Source: a virus | Length of the DNA: 64,000 bases | IMG/VR virus record: IMGVR_UViG_3300045988_105383 | Direction: 5' to 3' (one strand) | Shown: piece by piece, positions 1 through 7,663 of the stretch | How the letters are laid out: every line of letters begins with the position of its first letter | How positions within the stretch are numbered: the first letter of the stretch is position 1 | The notes under the pieces: model-generated | What the model saw: only the letters and a program-made list of their open reading frames with translations | What the model was told of the DNA's origin: nothing | Databases searched by the model: none | Made by a program: the position numbers and the translations under genes

Positions 1-35
1 AGGGAAACTTCTGCGAGATTGCGCGGTGCAAGGAA

Positions 36-428
36 GTGAAGTGCCCATACGATACCGATTGCAGCCAGAAACAGGTATGGGAACGGCTGAAAGCCTATGA
101 GGACACGGGACTGACACCAAAAGAGGTAACTGCGCTAGGAGAGTTGTTCGATTACGCGCTGAAAGAATCAAAAACGCTGACTGAGCAGCTTACATTGCTC
201 AAGCACATCCGCGAGCTTGCCGAGGCCGACAAGGACGGGCGCGTGACGATTCTTCCCTGCCGGGGCGATGCTGACATTGTCCTCATGCGAAACGGCGTCG
301 CTTTTAAGCCAGATCACTGGAACATTCATCTGACAACGTTTGCAGAGAATCAGCCTACGCCGAGCGGAAAGAAGGTCGCCTTGTTCGACCTTAGAGAAGT
401 TCGGGAATCAATGGAGGACAAGGGATGA
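36..428 (+). CDS. Hypothetical phage protein (5' end possibly outside window)
   Basis: 130-aa ORF with GTG start in track; frame stays open back to base 3; no domain recognised; 4-nt overlap with next gene. Confidence 0.45.
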   Translation: MKCPYDTDCSQKQVWERLKAYEDTGLTPKEVTALGELFDYALKESKTLTEQLTLLKHIRELAEADKDGRVTILPCRGDADIVLMRNGVAFKPDHWNIHLTTFAENQPTPSGKKVALFDLREVRESMEDKG

Positions 429-787
429 GCTTCAGTAAGAAAAAACGGGAAGCGGTCTATGCGAAGTATGACGGCCACTGTGCCTACTGCGGACGGTCTA
501 TCGACATCCGAGACATGCAGGTAGACCACTTCCTGCCGCTGCGAGCGTGGGGTATTGAAGAAGCCGGAACAGATAATATTTCAAACCTCATGCCAGCCTG
601 CCGGATGTGCAACCACTACAAGCGGGCAAACTCGCTGGAAACCTTCCGGCGCTATATTGCGGAGATTCCGCGCAAGCTCCGCGAGAACTACATCTACAAG
701 GTGGGCGTGGTTTACGGGAATGTAGTTGAGAATGTGAAGCCGATCAAGTTCTACTTTGAAGAAATGGAGGGCAAGAAGGATGGCTAA
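425..787 (+). CDS. HNH endonuclease
   Basis: Cys pairs plus HNH core: CAYCG...QVDHFLPL...NLMPACRMCNHYK. Confidence 0.8.
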   Translation: MSFSKKKREAVYAKYDGHCAYCGRSIDIRDMQVDHFLPLRAWGIEEAGTDNISNLMPACRMCNHYKRANSLETFRRYIAEIPRKLRENYIYKVGVVYGNVVENVKPIKFYFEEMEGKKDG

Positions 788-1004
788 GTTTATCTCAAAA
801 TCGCAGATGGAAAAGCTCGAGTTGGCTGCACTTTTTGGCGGCGAGGAATACCGAAAGCTTCTGCGTGAGTACATGGGCGTCGAAGCCAGAGCTTACACGG
901 CGTACAACTTCTACGATGAGAGCGGCGATTTTATCGGAAACAGCGAGGACTATGATCTTGGCCAGCTGATGGAAGTAGCTGGCGTGGAGGTGCTGGATGG
1001 ATAA
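780..1004 (+). CDS. Hypothetical protein
   Basis: ATG 780 preceded by GAGGG; 74 aa; the upstream extension of the 756 ORF overlaps the HNH gene. Confidence 0.4.
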   Translation: MAKFISKSQMEKLELAALFGGEEYRKLLREYMGVEARAYTAYNFYDESGDFIGNSEDYDLGQLMEVAGVEVLDG

Positions 1005-1164
1005 GTTAAAGCCGTGCCCGTTCTGCGGCGGAGAAGCGGCGTTTTTGGGAGAAACGCAATCGATAAAATGCAAGCAGTGCGGCGGCATGTTTATCGTCAC
1101 AAATCCGCTCACAACGAGGTTGGAAGCTAGAGAGGCTTGGAACAGGAGGGTAAATGATGGCTGA
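997..1164 (+). CDS. Lar-like restriction-alleviation zinc-ribbon protein (55 aa, below ORF-track cutoff)
   Basis: Own translation: MDKLKPCPFCGG...IKCKQCGG...EAWNRRVNDG; LKPCPFCGG and AWNRR are the Lar-family signatures. Confidence 0.6.
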   Translation: MDKLKPCPFCGGEAAFLGETQSIKCKQCGGMFIVTNPLTTRLEAREAWNRRVNDG

Positions 1165-1411
1165 CTATATCCGGCGCGAGGATGCGCTGAAAGCACTCTT
1201 TGCGGACTATGCCTATCCAGCGATGGACATTATCAAGAGCGTGCCAACTGCAGATGTCGTGCCAGTCGTAAGATGTAAGGGCTGTGTGAACGCCACGCAG
1301 GATAGTGAAAACCAATATCGGTGTATTTTTAACGAAATGGCCATATATACGGCTGAGCACTACTGCTCGTTTGGAGAGAAAAAATGCAGTCAAAATTCAA
1401 ACGATGGCTGA
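1154..1411 (+). CDS. Hypothetical Cys-containing phage protein
   Basis: 85-aa ORF, VVRCKGC...HYCSFGE, overlaps neighbours (translational coupling). Confidence 0.45.
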   Translation: MMADYIRREDALKALFADYAYPAMDIIKSVPTADVVPVVRCKGCVNATQDSENQYRCIFNEMAIYTAEHYCSFGEKKCSQNSNDG

Positions 1412-1686
1412 TTTGCAAATTGGGCGGACGTGTCGGTCCTTGCATAAGCTGCCGAAAATATGCTGAGCTTGTTTCTCAGATAACCAGGACGGCAGAGACG
1501 CTTCAAGCCATATATGTTCTGAACGATTTTCAGGACCTTGAGCCTGCCGACATTCAATATTTCATCGCAAAAACCGCAATTGCAAACGAAATAGCACAGC
1601 GCCTTAAAGACGGCGGCTATATCAAATACGAAACTGACAGTGACGGAATTGTGCGCGGCAGTTTGATCGTAGTGAATCCAGTATAG
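1384..1686 (+). CDS. Hypothetical protein
   Basis: 100-aa ORF, last gene of plus-strand operon before the terminator. Confidence 0.45.
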   Translation: MQSKFKRWLICKLGGRVGPCISCRKYAELVSQITRTAETLQAIYVLNDFQDLEPADIQYFIAKTAIANEIAQRLKDGGYIKYETDSDGIVRGSLIVVNPV

Positions 1687-1687
1687 T

Positions 1688-1716
1688 AAAAGCCGGAGGC
1701 ATAGCCTCCGGCTTTT
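1688..1716. terminator. Bidirectional rho-independent terminator between convergent operons
   Basis: AAAAGCCGGAGGC-ata-GCCTCCGGCTTTT: perfect stem flanked by A-run and T-run, between stop 1686 (+) and stop 1720 (-). Confidence 0.8.
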
Positions 1717-1719
1717 ATG

Positions 1720-2391
1720 TCACTTCTTCGATTCGAGCACCGGGATATTTCCCTTGTTGCTCACCTTCAGATCAAGCGCCGCCGCGATATCCCGGATTTT
1801 CACATAATTCACACCGTTTTTCAGAATTCGCTCGACTTCCACCTGCTTGCCGTCGACGATCATTTTCACTCGCGTAATCATCTCAACTCTCTCCTTTACC
1901 ATTTCGCGGAATCTCACAATGCCCTGCGGGTCGTCTACCCAGTACTTCGGGCAGAGTTTTCCCATCACGTCATAATGCCGGATGATGTGGTCGACCGGAA
2001 TATTGTACTTCTCACAGAGCCACGCTGCCAGGTCTGCGGCGTTGGCGATGGTCTTCTCGGTCGCCATCACGCGCCCGTCTCGCTTTGCGTCGCACATCTC
2101 GATGCCGATAGAATTGTAATTTCGGCAGAAAGGATGCGTGTAGTGATACGCACCGCAGTGATACGCCACATAATCCTCCGGTACCGAGCTTGTAATGGAC
2201 GTATCATCGACAAAGTAGTGCGCACTCGACGGCGGTGTCAGGGCCTTCTGAAAATACTTTCCGTTGGAAGCGCCGGAGTCTCCGTCATTTGCCGTGTAGT
2301 GCATGACAATCCACTCAACGGGACCGCCGCGCTTCGTGCCGTAATTCGACCGATGCGCAAGAATCGTTTTAATCGGAACCATTGCCATCAT
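1720..2391 (-). CDS. Endolysin, N-acetylmuramoyl-L-alanine amidase (Amidase_2/PGRP type) with C-terminal wall-binding repeat
   Basis: IVMHYTAN, SAHYFVDD, AYHCG, NSIGIEMC, RHYDVMGKLCP motifs; C-terminal VNYVKIRDIAAALDLKV repeat; directly downstream of holin. Confidence 0.85.
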   Translation of the reverse strand: MMAMVPIKTILAHRSNYGTKRGGPVEWIVMHYTANDGDSGASNGKYFQKALTPPSSAHYFVDDTSITSSVPEDYVAYHCGAYHYTHPFCRNYNSIGIEMCDAKRDGRVMATEKTIANAADLAAWLCEKYNIPVDHIIRHYDVMGKLCPKYWVDDPQGIVRFREMVKERVEMITRVKMIVDGKQVEVERILKNGVNYVKIRDIAAALDLKVSNKGNIPVLESKK

Positions 2392-2593
2392 CCTTTCCGC
2401 CGATGCCATCCTCGCTCTTTGCGCTCTGGTATCCGAAGTAGAACGTCAGCACCATTACGATGATCGAGTAAAAATCCTTCTGCTCCACATTCCCCTGAAG
2501 CGACATTGCAATAAATGCCGCCGTAAGCATGATCGTCACCAGAGACTTCACCTTGAAAAGATTCGCAATCAGGGTTTCCCACCACTTGTTCAT
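2369..2593 (-). CDS. Holin
   Basis: 74 aa from MNKWW; two hydrophobic helices and charged C-terminus (KSEDGIGGKDDGNGSD); immediately upstream of endolysin. Confidence 0.65.
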   Translation of the reverse strand: MNKWWETLIANLFKVKSLVTIMLTAAFIAMSLQGNVEQKDFYSIIVMVLTFYFGYQSAKSEDGIGGKDDGNGSD

Positions 2594-2610
2594 AATATCA
2601 TCCGCCTTTC

Positions 2611-2904
2611 TCAATCCTTCAAAACTGTTTCCAAGACCCGCGCCACAGAATCCATTCCATACTGCTCTGCGAGTTCCCGGATAAATTTTATTGCATACTT
2701 GGATCGATTTTCATTTTTCGCTTTCCAGAAATAGAAGCCGGTCGCCGCCCCACACTCCATGATCCACGCGCAGACGATTGTCGCAAAAGAGGCTGTGTCC
2801 GCCACAGTCAGATGAATGACCAGCAGAACCACCAGCACCAGATACGAAAAAATCAGTATCTTCTTGCTGCAATCCAGCCTGCGCAGTTTCCCCACAGCAT
2901 TCAT
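2611..2904 (-). CDS. Two-TM membrane protein next to holin (possible second holin/antiholin component)
   Basis: MNAVGKLRRL... with two hydrophobic segments; ATGA overlap with upstream gene. Confidence 0.45.
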   Translation of the reverse strand: MNAVGKLRRLDCSKKILIFSYLVLVVLLVIHLTVADTASFATIVCAWIMECGAATGFYFWKAKNENRSKYAIKFIRELAEQYGMDSVARVLETVLKD

Positions 2905-3197
2905 CACGTCACGACCTCCCATTCGCTCACTTCCTCATATATCTGCTCAATGAAGCTGTTTCCCTTCAGTGCCTTGTACGCCTTGTAGGAATAGATGAAA
3001 TTTTCCATCTCATACTGTCGGATTTCCTTTTCATCCTTGTGCTTGTAGTAGGTGTGCAGCATGTCAGACCGGAGCTGGCACTTCAGTCCTTCTCTCAAGC
3101 TCTTCATCCACAAAAACAGCTTCGCAAAAACCATCAGAATCGCGCCAATTGTAGTTACTCCGCCGCACACCGTTACAATGTTTTTGAACGTGTCCAT
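2904..3197 (-). CDS. Signal-anchor membrane protein
   Basis: N-terminal hydrophobic helix (VCGGVTTIGAILMVFAKLFLW) then charged soluble part; RBS GGGAGAA. Confidence 0.45.
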   Translation of the reverse strand: MDTFKNIVTVCGGVTTIGAILMVFAKLFLWMKSLREGLKCQLRSDMLHTYYKHKDEKEIRQYEMENFIYSYKAYKALKGNSFIEQIYEEVSEWEVVT

Positions 3198-3238
3198 TTC
3201 ATTCTCCCATCGATCTGTATTTCACTTTCGCCTGCACA

Positions 3239-3355
3239 TCAAGGGGGAGGGAGCCATTTCCGATGGTAAAACTGCGCACGTTTCTTTATCCAGCGCACCA
3301 TGGTCTTTTCTGTACACAGGAATTTCTGACAATTCAGTTTTTCACGCATCGTCAT
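3239..3355 (-). CDS. Tiny ORF (38 aa), uncertain
   Basis: Own translation MTMREKLNCQKFLCTEKTMVRWIKKRAQFYHRKWLPPP; strong RBS GGAAAGGAG. Confidence 0.25.
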   Translation of the reverse strand: MTMREKLNCQKFLCTEKTMVRWIKKRAQFYHRKWLPPP

Positions 3356-3524
3356 GCTCCTTTCCAACAGCAGCCTCGACCTTCAAGACATCCGGGTTTG
3401 TTTTCAGAAATCGTGTCTCCGCACAGTACCAGTAAAGGCCGTCTTCTCGAATTACAGGAAAGTTTTCTCCGCTGCGGAGCTGCAAAATTTTGTCGTGCTG
3501 CTCTTCACCCTTCTTTTTTGTCAT
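3342..3524 (-). CDS. Hypothetical protein
   Basis: 60 aa from MTKKKGEEQ with RBS GGTGGTGAG. Confidence 0.4.
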   Translation of the reverse strand: MTKKKGEEQHDKILQLRSGENFPVIREDGLYWYCAETRFLKTNPDVLKVEAAVGKEHDDA

Positions 3525-3540
3525 TCTCTCACCACCTTCC

Positions 3541-4809
3541 TTATGCCGGCCAGCCAGTGATCGTCGCAATCGGAAGGTCGTTCACCGATGTGGCCGAGAT
3601 CGTCATATTTCCAGTGCTTGTCAACGGACGGGAATATCCTTGAATCAGATGCCGTTCCACCGGCGCGCCGGGTTTATCGCTCCGGCAGATTGAAACAAGG
3701 TTATTTTCAAAAATATGCATCATCTGCGTACAGGATATGGTAACAGCCTTCTGGAGAACCGTAGACCGTTTCAGCTTCCATGCAGCCAAATCCTCGCATT
3801 GTTTTTTCGTATAATATCCGGCTGCCGTCGTGCGGAACGTTTTCTTCCCAATGGCATAAACGTTCGTGTCCGAACTTGGGTCGAGATTCTGGGCTCGACC
3901 GGCAGCCTGTGCATAATCGGATGTCTGCTCTCCGATGACAATATAGTCGTTGTAGACCTCTGTGTTCTTTACAACGTAGGTTGCACCCAGAAGCTCCGCC
4001 TCATCGGTGGAAAACTGCCAAAGGACCGGCTTCGTCGTGTCCAGAATGTCATCCTGCGAGGGTTCGATTCTGAGGGCTCCATTTTGGTCATATCCGACCC
4101 ATCCGTTTACCATCTCCGCCAGTCCAAGCACAACGTCTGCGTAGGTTCCCTCGTCGCTGTCGACCCGCAGGGTGTACGGAGACAGCACAAGGCTTACAGA
4201 GCTGCCATTTGGAAGCGTCTGCGTCTTGCCATTGTAGTACTCTGTGAAGACCGGTGTCACATTGTCCACGAGATATCCGTTGCCGCGGTCCAGCGCAAGG
4301 AGTGCCTTGATCGGCTCGAAAATGTTGGTGTTCACCGGAACCTCGTAGGTGGATTCCAGCCGGCCGAAAAGAGAGCCATCGAGGTAGGCCCACTTATCTA
4401 CAAGCGGGTACTCCATCGTCCTTGCGTTCGGATAAAGCGTTTCTCGCGGCTCGGCAATGTAAAAAATGCCCTGTGGAATGTAGAAGTCAGAGCCGTCCGA
4501 TAAAATCAAGCCCTCATCAATAGCAATCTGCTGCCCGAACCACACATTATTGACGTTGTAGTCATACTCCGCATCCAGATTTGAAAGCACAACATTTGCC
4601 GTCCGCCGCTGGCCGTTCTGCAAATTGCCGGATATCGTCCCTTCCTGCAAAAAAGCGCCGCTCCTCCGGTTCTCCGGGTTGTTGTCCAATGCAAAGGCCG
4701 TCGAGCCGTCTGGCTGCAAAAAGCGCAGCCGGCACAGCTTCGTAAACGGCGTTCTCAGCTGCCGGAGGTAGTCGTTCATCCGTTCTGCGTGCGTTAAAAG
4801 TGCCATCAT
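3541..4809 (-). CDS. Tail tip/baseplate-type structural protein
   Basis: About 420-aa ORF, last large gene of the tail module before the lysis cassette; start at MMALLTH behind GGAGG; no specific family recognised. Confidence 0.55.
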   Translation of the reverse strand: MMALLTHAERMNDYLRQLRTPFTKLCRLRFLQPDGSTAFALDNNPENRRSGAFLQEGTISGNLQNGQRRTANVVLSNLDAEYDYNVNNVWFGQQIAIDEGLILSDGSDFYIPQGIFYIAEPRETLYPNARTMEYPLVDKWAYLDGSLFGRLESTYEVPVNTNIFEPIKALLALDRGNGYLVDNVTPVFTEYYNGKTQTLPNGSSVSLVLSPYTLRVDSDEGTYADVVLGLAEMVNGWVGYDQNGALRIEPSQDDILDTTKPVLWQFSTDEAELLGATYVVKNTEVYNDYIVIGEQTSDYAQAAGRAQNLDPSSDTNVYAIGKKTFRTTAAGYYTKKQCEDLAAWKLKRSTVLQKAVTISCTQMMHIFENNLVSICRSDKPGAPVERHLIQGYSRPLTSTGNMTISATSVNDLPIATITGWPA

Positions 4810-4819
4810 CCAACCTCCA

Positions 4820-7648
4820 TCAATAGGGCCACGCGCCATCTCCGCTCATCACGACAATCTGCGCATCCTCTGCGCTTCCGATTTCCACCCACGGAAGCGT
4901 CATGGTTTGAGCCTGACACACCGCGTTGTCCATCGTTGTCATTTCCACAGCACCATTTGTTCGCACTTTCATCAGATCACCCTTCCGGTTCTTGAGGAAA
5001 AGTGTATTCTGCGTGGTGCAAAGGCTCGAAATCGCATCCCTTCTCACAATGGTGTCAGAGTATACGCCGTCCGAGATCGTTCCAATCAGACTTTGCAGTG
5101 CGCCGCTCCGGTAGTTCCACGGGGCCGGCTGCACCGTTGGATACCGTGTGAAATTCTGCTGAACCTGCGGCGTGTTGTTGTTCGAGATGCTTCCGCTCAC
5201 CAGATTTTTTCCAAACAGGAATATCTCCTGCGGATGATAAACGCCGTCCTCATCCTGCGTACAGGACAGCAGCGCCCAGTCCCAGAAACAGAGGGAAATC
5301 GAATTGGAGATCAGCGCCGCGGAAACATAGGTACTCGCTCCGACACCGAATGCATAGTAGGTGTACTCCTTTCCAACGACCGCACCGCTGTCGATGATGA
5401 CGTTTCCACTGTCCGCCGTGGTGTTCACGACATGGGTCAGTGCTGCATCGCCGGGCGAATAGCGATAGATTGCGAAAGCGGAGAACTGCGTATCTCCGAT
5501 GCCGCCGCCGTTTGCAGAACCGTTGAAGTCTGCAAAGAAGAGCGTAGCGACATCAGAAGGATGGTAGGATGCGTCAGAAAGAATCTTATTTCTGATTGCG
5601 GTCGCCAGATGCCCGTTGCTTACGAGCAGGTAATCGCACGACTGAACTCCGAAAAGCTCAATTCGGTTGATTTGCGTCCAATCCATGGCGAACGTCGTGC
5701 TTTTGGTGCTCCCATCGTTCCAGTACAGATACGACGCTCCGAAGTACAGTGTCAGGTTCGCAGCGCTCCCAAGCACTGTGGAATACTGCGTCGACCCGTG
5801 GGCATACACGCTCATTGTCTTTTGTGCCGAGACAATGATGCTCATGGAGTCTTCTATTTCGGTCGCATCATCAGAGAGGGCTACCGCTATATCCGTTCCA
5901 TCAGCCACTACATAATATTTATCGTTCCAGTAGCAGACGCTGTTCCAGTTTTTTGCGATTGTAAGCGTATCCGCACTCCAGGTCGCACCATCATCAGAAA
6001 CCGCGCAGACGTTTGTTTCTGGTGCAACAGCCAAAAATCTGCCGTTTCCGAAGCAGACGGACAGCCAGTCTGCTTCGCTTGGCATATTCCGAAGCACCCA
6101 GTTCATGCCGTCCGAAGAATATGCGCAGTTCCCTCCGGTCTGTACCGCGATATACTTTCCGTTTCCATAGCAGACGCTGTTCCAACAGCCCATCGTCGGG
6201 AGATTGCCGGCGTACCACGTAGAGCCATCAGTCGAATAGGCGAAATTGGAACTGTTCGCCGCAACAGCAACAAATCTTCCGTTTCCATAACAGACCGAAT
6301 ACCAGCCAGCCGCCATCGGCAGATAGGCAATGTTCCATGTAATACCGTCAGAAGACCACGCCGCATAAGCGCCTGTCGAAATCGCAACGAATCTTCCGTT
6401 TCCATAACAGACGCTGTTCCATTTTTCACTGGATGGGAGGGTCGCAGGAGACCACGACACGCCGTCCGTCGAGTAGGCCGCAGTATTCCCGCCGCAGGCA
6501 ACAGCCACAAATCGGCCATTTCCATAACAAACAGAAAACCATGGCAGTCCGCCCGGAATATATACAGCAGTCCAGCTTTCTCCGTCGTCCGAATAAGCGA
6601 TCGTGCCGGATGCGGACACCGCAACGAGTTTTCCTCCACCCGCGCAGATCGAATCCCAGCAGGAAGAGGACGGGAGCGTGATCTGCGTTGAGCGGCTTCT
6701 GACTTTGCCTGTCACCTTCAGCACTGTGCCGACTGCTCCGTTTTTGCCCCTCCACGCAATATCGAAAGGCGGTTTGAACTGAAGTGATTCGCTGTTGACC
6801 GTGCTCCACGAAGCGCTTCCGCCACTTTGAAGATTCAGGTAACTGTCAGCCATTTCATAACCGCCAGTCAGCGTCGCAGGGATGTTCTTCACCTGTGGGA
6901 ATGTCAGCTTTACGCCGCTTGCCTTTCTGCTTTGGCATGCGGTCAGTGTTCCGCTGACGGGCTCCATGTTGTAGCTTACCAGAAACTCGTTCCACCCCGT
7001 ATCCGCCTCGATCCCGTTTTCGGTCTGCACGATGCACCGAACGGCGTATCGGCTCCCCGAAAACATACCGTCGTAGCTGAATCTGAGCTGCGCAGTTCCG
7101 TAAATGCGGCCCGTATCTCTGAGTACCCGGTATTCTCCGCTGTCAACAAGTGCAATTTCCCATCGCACCCAGTTCAGGCCGTCTCCCTGCGTTTGCGAAT
7201 ATCCAGCATAGAACGTATATTCCCGGACCGTCAACGGATTCGGAATGGTCGAAAGCGTCAGACTCGGCGCAGAGCGCGTGATAAACGCGCTCGCGCTCGT
7301 CTGCGTTACGGAGTCTGTGCTGTTCCACCACTGCCTGATGATGAGCTTGTATTCTCCGCCATTGGTGATTCCGTTGGCGGAAAGCGTAGTCGACGGGATG
7401 GTATAACTGAAAAACTGGATGTTTCCGGAATAGTCCACACCATAGAACGGGCAGCCCTGCGTCAGTTTTCCCGTCGTATAAAGCTGTGTTGAGGCCGAGT
7501 TGTTGCGGTAAATCGTAATCTGGAACGCCTGAAGTGCCGAATTTCCATTTACCTGAAAGCTGACAGTCAGGGGCTTTGTTGCGTCCACCACACCGTTTCC
7601 GAGGCTTCCCGTCATGCTGGGATAAATATTCGTCGGCTGATATAACAT
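4820..7648 (-). CDS. Tail fibre / receptor-binding protein with central seven-blade Asp-box (BNR-like) beta-propeller
   Basis: 942 aa directly downstream of tape measure; seven repeats W-x-S-V-C-Y-G-N-G-R-F-V-A-V...A-Y-S-x-D-G-x-x-W. Confidence 0.7.
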   Translation of the reverse strand: MLYQPTNIYPSMTGSLGNGVVDATKPLTVSFQVNGNSALQAFQITIYRNNSASTQLYTTGKLTQGCPFYGVDYSGNIQFFSYTIPSTTLSANGITNGGEYKLIIRQWWNSTDSVTQTSASAFITRSAPSLTLSTIPNPLTVREYTFYAGYSQTQGDGLNWVRWEIALVDSGEYRVLRDTGRIYGTAQLRFSYDGMFSGSRYAVRCIVQTENGIEADTGWNEFLVSYNMEPVSGTLTACQSRKASGVKLTFPQVKNIPATLTGGYEMADSYLNLQSGGSASWSTVNSESLQFKPPFDIAWRGKNGAVGTVLKVTGKVRSRSTQITLPSSSCWDSICAGGGKLVAVSASGTIAYSDDGESWTAVYIPGGLPWFSVCYGNGRFVAVACGGNTAAYSTDGVSWSPATLPSSEKWNSVCYGNGRFVAISTGAYAAWSSDGITWNIAYLPMAAGWYSVCYGNGRFVAVAANSSNFAYSTDGSTWYAGNLPTMGCWNSVCYGNGKYIAVQTGGNCAYSSDGMNWVLRNMPSEADWLSVCFGNGRFLAVAPETNVCAVSDDGATWSADTLTIAKNWNSVCYWNDKYYVVADGTDIAVALSDDATEIEDSMSIIVSAQKTMSVYAHGSTQYSTVLGSAANLTLYFGASYLYWNDGSTKSTTFAMDWTQINRIELFGVQSCDYLLVSNGHLATAIRNKILSDASYHPSDVATLFFADFNGSANGGGIGDTQFSAFAIYRYSPGDAALTHVVNTTADSGNVIIDSGAVVGKEYTYYAFGVGASTYVSAALISNSISLCFWDWALLSCTQDEDGVYHPQEIFLFGKNLVSGSISNNNTPQVQQNFTRYPTVQPAPWNYRSGALQSLIGTISDGVYSDTIVRRDAISSLCTTQNTLFLKNRKGDLMKVRTNGAVEMTTMDNAVCQAQTMTLPWVEIGSAEDAQIVVMSGDGAWPY
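5858..6658 (-). repeat. Seven tandem coding repeats of about 45 aa (propeller blades) inside the 942-aa tail protein
   Basis: Nucleotide-level recurrence of CCGTTTCCATAACAGAC (codes VCYGNG on the minus strand) near 6160, 6281, 6395, 6520; Asp-box S-x-D-G-x-x-W in each unit. Confidence 0.8.
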
Positions 7649-7663
7649 ATTGCCATCCCCCTC

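Noticed and set aside
4907-6691. 594-aa plus-strand ORF
   Set aside because: It lies antisense to the 942-aa tail protein gene. It is Arg/His/Cys-rich with no RBS context, which is typical of a shadow frame in G+C-rich coding DNA.
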